From positions 62,001-126,000 of the forward strand of contig CAUYUJ010000336.1 in the NCBI GenBank assembly GCA_963575745.1: DNA of 64,000 nt, given 5' to 3'. Below the pieces are notes generated by a model. The model saw only the letters and a list, made by a program, of their open reading frames with translations. It made no database searches and was not told the DNA's origin. The DNA comes from Prorocentrum cordatum. Taxonomy: Eukaryota. Shown piece by piece: positions 37,001-45,700 of the stretch (the first letter of the stretch is position 1; each line of letters starts with the position of its first letter). Both the position numbers and the translations under genes were made by a program.

Positions 37001-40000
37001 AGGCCGCCATTGCGCGTCGCGCAGCACAAGGCAGAGCTCATGAATGTCATGAAGAGGTTCAACACAGATCCGACTCTGCCGCGCGATTGGCAAATGGCCA
37101 AGGTGTCAATATGGTTCTCTACAGCCCTACGCCATGGTCCGTATTGGAAAGATGGATTCAGCCGATACTTCGAAAAGATTGACACTTTCGATCCATACGA
37201 TGGCTGGGTTGTTGTTGACGACTTGCTGGCAAATTGGACTGGTGACAATCAGTGGAAAGGCTACCAGGACATGCACGATGTGCTTATCAAGGGCAACCCT
37301 CACAGCTCATACGTGTATTGGGTGTTGCTGAACTGCTGCGAGATGATCGACAACCATGGCATGCAGAAGGGCAGGCTCCAGATGAAATGCGTCGAGGATA
37401 GCATGACGCTACCTCCCAGATTCCGACCAAAGGCACACAGGCCACAATATTTCATCAGAGCCACGAACGGCCATAGCAGCCCAGGCATCCACTGCCCAGA
37501 GTCGCTCTATAAGCCCATCACGACATGGATGAAGGAACCAGATGACCCAGTATACTTTATCCACGGGACACAGTGGGAGCATGTTAAGGGCATCCTTGAG
37601 AATGGCCTTTCATGCCTCACACAGGACAACCCTAAGGGGCAGGGGGGGCGCCAGTTCGTTCACGGCTGCCCCTACCTCCCGGGTGACCCGAGGATTCAGT
37701 CGGGCATCCGTCCTGACTCTGAGGTGCTCATCTTCTGCAGCATCAGCAAGATGTTGTCCAGCGGCTTCTCTTTATGGAGGTCAGCGAATGACATCGTCAT
37801 GACACGGGGCCACAATGGCCGCATACCGCCCGATCATATCTTTCAGATTGTGAGCATTGCAAAATATCGGGTCGGTGAAGCCTGGTGCAATCCGCTGGCT
37901 TACGACAAATCGCGGAAGCGGGGCCAACCCGCGGACAGGATTTGCTCCGAGGACTACTTGCCACTTAAAATGTGCAACAGAGTTCTGGGTGTGATGGACG
38001 AGCACGCCATGTACCTAAAGGGCTGGACTAAGACGGGCGGTCGCCCATTCAACCTGACCATGACCGAGCAAGACGTTGCTCCACGACCGTACCTCACACA
38101 GACAGTCCTCATGATAAACGCCCAGGAAGACGAGGTCATGCCTGAGGCGGGGCCACCCGCAGGAGCGGGGACACCCGCGGCAGACACCTCGGATGGTTCA
38201 TGGCAGCAAGTGGTCACGCCAGTAGCCGCAGTAGCATCTCCTTGGAGGCCGGACCAGCAGACATGGGTCCAGGCCCTCAACAGCTACCTGTCACCAGCCG
38301 ACGTTTCTGGACTGACCGATCAGCTATACCGTGCTGACCCGTGGGCAGTGCAGGCAGGTATCCAAGACGCACAGCAGAGGAACCTGCGCACTCCTGCGGG
38401 GCCACCAGGCGCCCTAGGACCACAGCCACAACGCCCTCCGCAGCAGGCTGGAGGTGCGAGGTTTGTCCCTATGGGCGGCTCCGATGGTGGCTCGCCGTTC
38501 CGGACTCCGCCGTCTGAAACGAGCGAGAACAGCTTGTGGCAAAGACTCCAGGCGATTCGCGGAAATCCAGCACTCGCGGCAGCACTCCAAGCAACCACTC
38601 CCTTTGGCACTCCGAGGGGTAGTGAAGGAGGAGCGGCTGCGGGGTCACCCGCTGGGCGAACGCCTGCGGAGCCACCCGCTCAAGCGGGGTCACCCGCTGA
38701 CGGACAGCAAGGTTCAGACTACGAACGTCGGGCAGCTAACTTAAGAGCACAGGCTACTTTTCTGCAACAACAAGCTGAAAGAGTGCCCAGCCTGTTGCGG
38801 AACCGCAACATAGACGTCACAAGCCATGGCGACTTCCGACCTCTCTGGAGTTGGACTTCTGAAGATGCTCCAAACGCTGATCCCACGAATCCATATCGAC
38901 AGGTGTTTATTCCAGGAATAGCATCACACCCGATATACGGATGGGACAATCACGGTCCAGCAGAGGCGCCGGCCATGGACGCGCCGATGTACCCTGAGTA
39001 CTACGCGCAGATAAATGACACTCCTATGATTGCGGGGCCACCTGCGAACGAATACACTCGGAACTTAGCTAATGAGATGTTTCGTTTGCAGTTTACACGA
39101 GCGGTCGATGCGCAGTCTATGCCACACTACGCCTACATGCCCACGCCGACGGACCCCGAGACCATAGTCCAGCCAGCTGGTCTCGCGGTGCCAGCCGCTA
39201 TGGGCAGCATGCCAGACTACATCCGCGACGTGCACAACACGCAGCAAGCGATACTGGCATCCAGGCAGCAGGCTCGTGACAACACTAGGCTGCGCCAACA
39301 ACGCGCGATCCAGAGAAGGATTGAGCGCGAGGCCCAAGCGGGGCCACCCGCGGAAGCGGGGCCACCTGCTGAACGGCCAGAAAGGCGGCCGCCACCGACG
39401 CCATATCGGGAGGGCGAAACCACGTTCGAGCGCCAAGCTCGGACTCGCCCTGACTTGCCTGCTCCAGTCATCTCAGACTACAACTTCACTCAGTGCCCAA
39501 TCTGCATGGACAACTACGAGATGGGCACTACAGTGTGGAGACTGGCGTGCGGGCACTTCTTCCACGACATATGCTGGGACCGTGTTGCACAGCAGCATGT
39601 CCGCAATCAGCGGCCAGGTGCGCCGAATGAGGCCCCCTGTGCCGTATGCCGTGGACCGGGCATAGTGATAGCACACTTCCCGTATGCTGGACAGCGCGAT
39701 GCGGAGTCGGACCAAGCGCGCCAGCAGGAGAGGTACGTTGCAGATGCCCGCGAGATGCGTCGGTTACGCGAAGCAGTGGAGGCACTGGAGGCTCGAGCCG
39801 CACGATCGGCGGAGCCATCCGCGCGTGCCCCAGCTGCACAGGCATACCCCTGGCCAGCGCCAGAACAAGGCATTCAGATGCCGGTCTTGCCCACGCTCCG
39901 AGCGCAAGAGCCCCCAGCTGCGGGGCCACCCGCTGAAGCGGCTCCCGCCGCTCAAGCGGGGCCACCCGCTAACGGACCTCCAAACCCAGGTTTCTTGAGG

Positions 40001-41731
40001 AACATGGAGGCTAACATCAGGCGGAGTGGCAGGAGCGGAGGCGGGATTCGGAGGCCAACTGGATCGACCAGGACCTCTCGAGTGGCAAGCCCGGTCAGCG
40101 CCAGAAGCCGGGCAAGCGCTGAGAGCGCAGAGGCAGCCCAGTTCCATTCCACATTCATGATCGACACAGAGGGGCTGACCTACGTGCGTGACGATACTGA
40201 CACGCTGCCACCAAGAGGCGAATGGATGTCCACGCTATCTGCAAACTATTGGGTCCTCCAGCAGGAACCGATTACTGTGGAGGAGCGCCGCCAGTACGAG
40301 CAGATGTGGTGCACCGAGCTGACCATGACTCAATGGGTTCTTGAACAGCGCCTGTTGAGGGGTACACTCGGATCGCAGATCACGTACCACACCAACGACC
40401 ACACTGGCGTACAGGTCGCTCTTGCAGCGCGCAATGGGACATTCTTTCCTGATGAAGATGGTATGCCCTGTATCTCGTTCATGCTGGACATTGGTTCTAA
40501 TGTGAACATCATTGGATCCAACACGGCGCGGACCTTCCAGGAGATAATGGCCAGGTTCAACTACCGACCTGCCATCTGCACCCTGAGCAAGACCCTCTAC
40601 ATCAATGGTGTTGGGGAGGGCGCTGCGATATGTCGGAAGATGGGCAACTTCAAGATCGGGGTACAGTACGCCAACGAGGCGAGCCCCCGCATTGAGGAGT
40701 ATGCCTCCAACATCGCAGAAGGCTCGGGCGCCAATCTCCCGGCTATCTGGGGCCTAGGGGCCATGGAGGCACGTGATACGATCATCGTGTTGAAGCCGGG
40801 CTACCAGAAGGTCATCTTCCCCAGCGGCGACTACACCCTGAAGCTGGGAAGAGGCGCCAAGGTCCTGAAGGCGAAGAAGACTCCCTCGGGACATCTCGCG
40901 ATTCCCTGCGGGCTGTACGATGGGGCCAAGAGCCACACGGTCACGAACACCTTCACGATCCGCAGCAGTCGAGATGGCTACACCGAGACGGAGAACGAAG
41001 AGGACCCCGCCAGTGCGGGTCCACCCGCTGCGGCGGGGCCACCCGCTGACGCGTCAGCGGGGCCACCCGCGACGGGACAGTTCGCCAATCCGAATAGGCA
41101 CGAGGACTTCGTTCGTACATCTACCAACAGCTGGACATCGACCTTCACGACCGATACGTACATCGTCGAGCCGTATATCGACAAGCAGCTCCTGGAGGAC
41201 ACGACCCGTTTGATCGTGAACAGGACGCTGAACAGCTGGTGGGAGGGCCGACAGTGTCCCGAAGGGACTTGGCACCCACCTCCTGAGAACGCGGCGATGA
41301 TACGGCCACACATGAAGGCCGCCCTGAAGTCCAAGATCTTCTGGGCAGTCCAGGAGGCGGTGAGCAAATGGACGCCTGAGGAGTTTACCCCTCTGCATCC
41401 AGCGGGGCCACCCGCGTCACCGCCACCGCCACCAAGCTACACGGGCGGAGGTTCGTCGGACTCTGCGGGGCCAACCCGCCTGCTGTCGTCTGAGGACGTC
41501 CGCGGGATGACGAACCGCGAGCTGATGGACACTCTCGAAGCCATCACCCAGCGAGGTGAGAGAGCGGAGATCGTGGGTCACGCTACGGATCGGACGGAAT
41601 ACTTTGACATCTCTGAGAACAACCCGCCGAGTCTGTCTGCGAGCGTGGCCACACCAGCGACTCCTGCGGAGCCATCCGCGAACAGCACGCCTCCGAGTCA
41701 AGCGGCAACTTGGTCTCACGACAGCCGCTGA
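33929..41731 (+). CDS. 2600-aa polyprotein segment: CCHC knuckle - disordered region - Tpt1/KptA - RING-H2 - aspartic protease
   Basis: CHTCGSTEHLRDHC (34193-34234); Tpt1 motifs; CPIC..CGHFFH..C..CAVC; MLDIGSNVNIIG and PAIWG. Confidence 0.9.
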   Translation: MEAHYEETGQKSETCSTPRFQTLWKGSWQRGRRRRMHGRGITAFLTSLTDVVFEEVLIGGKGRGHRRTSGKGKGRRGNPRDASGNTMKCHTCGSTEHLRDHCPKGKGKGSVHLAQNSFMDDIDYIDYEFYVNPEAAPAAGSSTYYVMARYADATVALEEYAVTLFDEFHGWDEVDEGAFNAWFGLPAGPPADDEISEAETVPATEEELAAALAPQVIGMPLLPDLSRAGSEAGDADDEMRGHPAAYSDSEEAEEDYEDRLQEQVAEAIQLLSAPAQQQMTMNDLLSRPGAARLRPYLDPDMSAPQMLTALQALAGPPAEAAPAAAAGLPAWSMDEFMQGCDQMDLNDLTMEQLTDIGYFQSPHQHVFTVQDSSEDSEDMRNAKKNRRPSPPRDPEHRHEDERPMERGSASAGPTRRRSRSAPRRPTHDASGYPYSTEHSRGVSAQYVPEWYINWYPGYPMDVIRHWWSKEHCKRDESGIIIRTKGGKTKTPEAWDRKAKKQEIINDRKTYRKQVCQCEPFKGHMRGCPMDRPSRSPHHGETPWNWSHGDDAGTVHDPNKKVPGGGKRITEADRVPMIEGVADTVRENWEQLPKDHRLKEWNRRFHEEAGSPADSSGGAGPPAGAAPAAGSADEEWMAVASAAGSAAGTDQTELNEEWAAEDGSENPFPDGCACWCYSSSAQKWFCTRVLYRHENGKYKLAIKGSANIDQMRQVIHDHGQPEGPPKDPPGPPPEDDEDIEPPPGPVVDSSPPPSPEKRSPSKSPEGSQGRAKARGIAKKDDPEPGEPTGPSVTERRKAFAGPSAPMPPAAQGDVKDEDRDQPKAAFRGGWTPTLHQPRLAPRPGSARMKAQPKPEAGLRSVRAEAAAKGKEDKGSAGPPAEAAPTAAAGAPAEGTPSEEERRKALKEIDNRQKLADDALADQGHPHPGAGSSAGAASAAAAAPAAAAGPPARRQPASSVLKNIPLGAIEYWQGIEGKGPKRTINPRVTRDDTDRYAVIDCPDRRNFECRNEWEREQQVVGNMLRDRPPLRVAQHKAELMNVMKRFNTDPTLPRDWQMAKVSIWFSTALRHGPYWKDGFSRYFEKIDTFDPYDGWVVVDDLLANWTGDNQWKGYQDMHDVLIKGNPHSSYVYWVLLNCCEMIDNHGMQKGRLQMKCVEDSMTLPPRFRPKAHRPQYFIRATNGHSSPGIHCPESLYKPITTWMKEPDDPVYFIHGTQWEHVKGILENGLSCLTQDNPKGQGGRQFVHGCPYLPGDPRIQSGIRPDSEVLIFCSISKMLSSGFSLWRSANDIVMTRGHNGRIPPDHIFQIVSIAKYRVGEAWCNPLAYDKSRKRGQPADRICSEDYLPLKMCNRVLGVMDEHAMYLKGWTKTGGRPFNLTMTEQDVAPRPYLTQTVLMINAQEDEVMPEAGPPAGAGTPAADTSDGSWQQVVTPVAAVASPWRPDQQTWVQALNSYLSPADVSGLTDQLYRADPWAVQAGIQDAQQRNLRTPAGPPGALGPQPQRPPQQAGGARFVPMGGSDGGSPFRTPPSETSENSLWQRLQAIRGNPALAAALQATTPFGTPRGSEGGAAAGSPAGRTPAEPPAQAGSPADGQQGSDYERRAANLRAQATFLQQQAERVPSLLRNRNIDVTSHGDFRPLWSWTSEDAPNADPTNPYRQVFIPGIASHPIYGWDNHGPAEAPAMDAPMYPEYYAQINDTPMIAGPPANEYTRNLANEMFRLQFTRAVDAQSMPHYAYMPTPTDPETIVQPAGLAVPAAMGSMPDYIRDVHNTQQAILASRQQARDNTRLRQQRAIQRRIEREAQAGPPAEAGPPAERPERRPPPTPYREGETTFERQARTRPDLPAPVISDYNFTQCPICMDNYEMGTTVWRLACGHFFHDICWDRVAQQHVRNQRPGAPNEAPCAVCRGPGIVIAHFPYAGQRDAESDQARQQERYVADAREMRRLREAVEALEARAARSAEPSARAPAAQAYPWPAPEQGIQMPVLPTLRAQEPPAAGPPAEAAPAAQAGPPANGPPNPGFLRNMEANIRRSGRSGGGIRRPTGSTRTSRVASPVSARSRASAESAEAAQFHSTFMIDTEGLTYVRDDTDTLPPRGEWMSTLSANYWVLQQEPITVEERRQYEQMWCTELTMTQWVLEQRLLRGTLGSQITYHTNDHTGVQVALAARNGTFFPDEDGMPCISFMLDIGSNVNIIGSNTARTFQEIMARFNYRPAICTLSKTLYINGVGEGAAICRKMGNFKIGVQYANEASPRIEEYASNIAEGSGANLPAIWGLGAMEARDTIIVLKPGYQKVIFPSGDYTLKLGRGAKVLKAKKTPSGHLAIPCGLYDGAKSHTVTNTFTIRSSRDGYTETENEEDPASAGPPAAAGPPADASAGPPATGQFANPNRHEDFVRTSTNSWTSTFTTDTYIVEPYIDKQLLEDTTRLIVNRTLNSWWEGRQCPEGTWHPPPENAAMIRPHMKAALKSKIFWAVQEAVSKWTPEEFTPLHPAGPPASPPPPPSYTGGGSSDSAGPTRLLSSEDVRGMTNRELMDTLEAITQRGERAEIVGHATDRTEYFDISENNPPSLSASVATPATPAEPSANSTPPSQAATWSHDSR
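37090..37852 (+). CDS. tpt1: Tpt1/KptA RNA 2'-phosphotransferase domain within the polyprotein
   Basis: FSTALRHG, DGWVVVDDLL, KGRLQ, IRATNGHS, HGT, ILENGL, RQFVH, SGIRPDSEVLIF, RSANDIVMTRG.NGRIPP appear in the family's order. Confidence 0.9.
39494..39652 (+). CDS. RING-H2 (C3H2C3) zinc finger within the polyprotein
   Basis: CPICMDNYEMGTTVWRLACGHFFHDICWDRV...CAVCR. Confidence 0.92.
40470..40920 (+). CDS. Retropepsin-like aspartic protease domain (DIG active-site variant)
   Basis: ISFMLDIGSNVNIIG, flap INGVG, NLPAIWGL, TPSGHLAIP. Confidence 0.75.
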
Positions 41732-42709
41732 CGGGGGCAGGCGGGCGCGCCGGCGGCGCTCGCTTGCGAAGAGAAGCCGAATACCGGCCTCCTCGCTACA
41801 TACGTTGGCCGCGCTGAGGCCCGAGAGGAAAAATATCATTCAAAATGTCTCGTCATCGAAGATATTCGCACAGCTTGCGCTGAACTCCGAACCCGTGGCT
41901 ATATATGTGACCGGATTACCCATAATGAGGTAATGACTTCAACTGGAACACAGTATTTGGGAAACTTGTTGGCAGGAGACTATAATATGTTGTGGGTGGC
42001 CACACCCTCTGATTGGTACGTTCGTACTCCAGGAAAGAGGGCGGGACCCCACTATCAACGTATACAAAATCTCCTGATCAAAGCGCGTGCTCTGAGAATG
42101 CAGATTGTCATCCTGGGGCCACCCGGGTATTTCTGGAAACAGGGTCCGATCAAAGATGTTATCGAAGATTTGAAGCTGAGCATCATACGAATGAGACTTT
42201 GTCATTTCGGTATCAAGTTTGATCGCTCCAGTAAATATCCCAGTGGTTCTTATATACAAGTTGCTACATCTTGTCCTCATATACCGCTAAACTTATGGAG
42301 ATGTACTTGTGGCTCACACAAAGAACATGATTTGGATTGGTATGGCCAAGATCAGCAACGTGCCGAGTTCCGGCATAAAACCTTGGCTATCATCACTGCA
42401 CGCTTCCTTGATCAACTCAATAAAGCCAACATGATTAGGAATGAGCGGAGTGCGGTACACCTCAGTGCGTGTACGCGCGTTGACAAAAAGGTAAGACACT
42501 ACGTTCAATGTCCACAAAAGGGCCCTCAATGGGACCATGTTGTTCGTAGAGTCACGACCGACCTGGACACGAATAAGATCGTTCAAGATATCAAAATCCA
42601 GGATCAGCCGACTGGGTACAATTATGTAGGATGTACTCGGTCTGGGAGCCTCCGGCTCCAGTCCTTCACGGCGACGGTGAGTCGCGAAGGCCACGCCCAA
42701 AGCGTGTGA
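41732..42709 (+). CDS. In-frame continuation after the UGA: degenerate methyltransferase-like domain plus a GPxW..RRVTxDLDT module
   Basis: Same frame as 33929..41731 and open from 41732. Motifs LWVATP, ILGPP, RLCHFG, CTCG..H. Probable small deletion/frameshift near 42630. Confidence 0.6.
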   Translation, partial: RGQAGAPAALACEEKPNTGLLATYVGRAEAREEKYHSKCLVIEDIRTACAELRTRGYICDRITHNEVMTSTGTQYLGNLLAGDYNMLWVATPSDWYVRTPGKRAGPHYQRIQNLLIKARALRMQIVILGPPGYFWKQGPIKDVIEDLKLSIIRMRLCHFGIKFDRSSKYPSGSYIQVATSCPHIPLNLWRCTCGSHKEHDLDWYGQDQQRAEFRHKTLAIITARFLDQLNKANMIRNERSAVHLSACTRVDKKVRHYVQCPQKGPQWDHVVRRVTTDLDTNKIVQDIKIQDQPTGYNYVGCTRSGSLRLQSFTATVSREGHAQSV

Positions 42710-42718
42710 CGATCGTCG

Positions 42719-45700
42719 ATGACGATCGGTCTCCTCCCCCTTTCGATTGAGCGTTGCCAAACGCGACCCACCAACTTTTCTGAAATTCCGCCATTTCCTG
42801 ATCTAACAGCGGATCCTTCCGCAGCGGATCTCTCCGCGGAAACCGCGCTGCCCACTGATGCCAGGATAAAACAGAAAGAAAAGCAGAAAGCTGACAAAGA
42901 GGCTGGCATCAAACCGAAGAAAATCCCGAAGAAAGTGGAAGACGGTAACGACGATTGTGGAGAGGACCTCAAAGGGCTTGACTGCTCCACATATTTCAAC
43001 GACGTTCCTCTTGATGACTCGGACTCGGACAGCGAATCAGAGGACATCTTCATGATGCTACCGGCGGGGCAACCCGCTGACTCACATGCTGATGTCTTCT
43101 CGGTGGTCCAGTCACTATGCTACGGCAGAAACAATCAAGTGGACATGCTTGAATTATGTGGGGGCAAGGGTGGTATATCCATATTAGCCTTCAAGAGGGG
43201 ACTCTCGTCGGGCGGGAACCTTGATAAGATATCTATGGTTGACCTTGGAAACTCGGAAGTACAAAGAGCAGTCCTTCACTACCTCAAGACTTGCTTTGTC
43301 AAGATCACGATTTTGCAGCCAAGCTGCAGAACTACTGGACTTCCTTCATACTTCAATGCACAGGTCAATCATGATACGTGGCTTAAACACCACAAAGAGG
43401 ACCTGCCTCACATCACGTTCTGCGGAACAGTCGCTCTATTACAAGACGACCTAAGACGTTTCTTTCTCAGGGAACAACCAATGGGCACGTGGGTAGATGA
43501 GATCCAACCATGGAAGGAACTGGCACAACGCAAGGTCACTTGCCAAACGATTATTGATCAATGCACGACTGGTCTCAAAGATTCGTTTGGACAATACATT
43601 CGCAAGCCAACACAAATGATGGCAAACAAAGAAGAGTTGTTGGCACCTTTCAGAGGCAAGCGTTGTCCAGGTAATCATGTGCACGCCAATGCTTGCAACA
43701 AAGAACTAGCAAGGGCGGCACAGTATACCTACAGAATGCAGTCACTGATCGTTGATGCGGTGCAAATCGCCAGAGATCTGTTTGCTTACGGTCGCGATCC
43801 ATTTGCGAATCGCGAACGCAGTTACGCGTTCGTAACAAACAGTGCTGGCTACGACTTGGACGACCCAACAATCCAGAGACACTCAAACGGAGAAATCCTG
43901 CGACCACCATCTGGCGGTCTCGGGTGCCCTGGCTGCGCAGACAACAACTACAAACAATCACCAAGGCACAGCAGGAATCCGAAGATGTGTCGATGGTATG
44001 ATGTTGAACCATATTATTGGGACTGTCCAAGCTGTAAGAAGGAATATCAGAAGAGCAATCCTCACCATGCCAAGATATCTGGCCAATGCAGATTCGCCGA
44101 AAAATGGAAGCTGCCAGATAACTTTGGTCAGCCGCGCCCAGCGGGGCAAGCCGCTCCTGCGGCGCCAGCCGCGGAAGCGGCTCCAGCCGCAAACGCGGCG
44201 CCGGCCGCGAAAGCGCGCATACGCGCGCCTAGGCCGCCACGGCCTGGTGAGGGCGATCCAACCGCAGGCGCCAGCAGCCATGACATCACCAAGGCCAAGG
44301 GGGCTTATGGTGACACCACTGGCGCTGGCAGCTCTGACGATCACCGCAGACTGCCGCAAGTGGCAGCGAGGCGCGGACGCATGGAGGGAGGTGATCCTCC
44401 ACCGCCGCCGCAGCCTCATGCAGAGCCGAGGCCAAGGCCAAGGCTTCCTGATTGGACTCGCTTCGACGTTCAGCTCAGCCTTCAAAACCTGCGCAGCTTT
44501 GACCCAGCTGTAGTGCAGCGAGAACTCCGCAAGCTTCACTTGAGATGGTTTCATGCCAAGGAACCAAAGATGCGGATGATTCTAGCTAAGGTTGGTCTGG
44601 GTGAAACCCGTTTGAGTCTGATCAAAGGCATTTGCGACTCGTGTAGAGAATGTCGTGCCTGGGAGAAACCAGGCAACACGGCGATGCCTTCTGTGTCACT
44701 GCCAGGATGTTTCAACGAGGAAGTCGAATGTGATCTTTTCTTTCACAAACAGGAACACATTGTCTTTCACATCATCGACCGTTGTATTCGCTGGGCAGCT
44801 GGCACAGAGATTCCTGATAAGACTATGCACGCTGTTCTCGATGCCTATCACACAACTTGGATGCAACATGGCCCTGCTAAGATCCTATACTCCGATGGGG
44901 AAGGAGCGCTGAATAACGACACAGCAAAGGCCATCCTTAAATCCAAGGGAACAGAGCTTCGTATCCGAGCGCGTGGCCAGCACGCCACGACTATCGAAGC
45001 TAGGAACGGCATCCTGCGACACCTCATACACGTGATGGGAGAAGAACTGAATAGATTGAACATCCCTCTGAATTTCACTCGTCTCTTACATGAAGCCTTG
45101 TTTGCCAGCAACGCATTTACCTTCTACAACGAAGTGTCTCCGTATAATGCGCTGTATGGCAGACAACCAGCTATGCTTCCCGATTTCCCTGTCCTGGATC
45201 ATGATCAGTCCGCTGAATCATCAGATCACTCAAAGGAAGAGACAATCAGGAGGGTTAGTCTGGAGGCAATCACGCAGGCCACTGCGGTTGCCAAGACGAA
45301 CAGGGCTCTTCGTACGAAGACTACTGCTACGGGTGAATTTCACTACAAAGAGGGAGATCTCGTGGACTATCATCGCCCGACCACCACGAAAGACGACTGG
45401 GGTGGATGGAGTGGTCCATACCCGGTCATCCGCAACGAACCTGACCGAGGCCAGGTCATCGTGAAGGTCGGCAATCGCGAAGTGCGAGTACAGTATCCTG
45501 ACTCACGACATACGCTGTACATCGAAGCACTGATGGTCCGCGAGATAGGATCGGACAATACGGCCCTTCGGACAGTATTGGCCTTTATTGCCGGTCTGCC
45601 AGCGGGGAAACCCGCTATGACTTTCGGATACCTACCAGCGAAACAGGGCCGACTGCAGATGACTGCTGCGAGCCGGCTTTCGCCTAAGGTGCACTTGGCT

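Noticed and set aside
42707..42709. Second read-through TGA
   Set aside because: Lies in a stretch where another frame looks like the real protein. Better explained by compensating indels.
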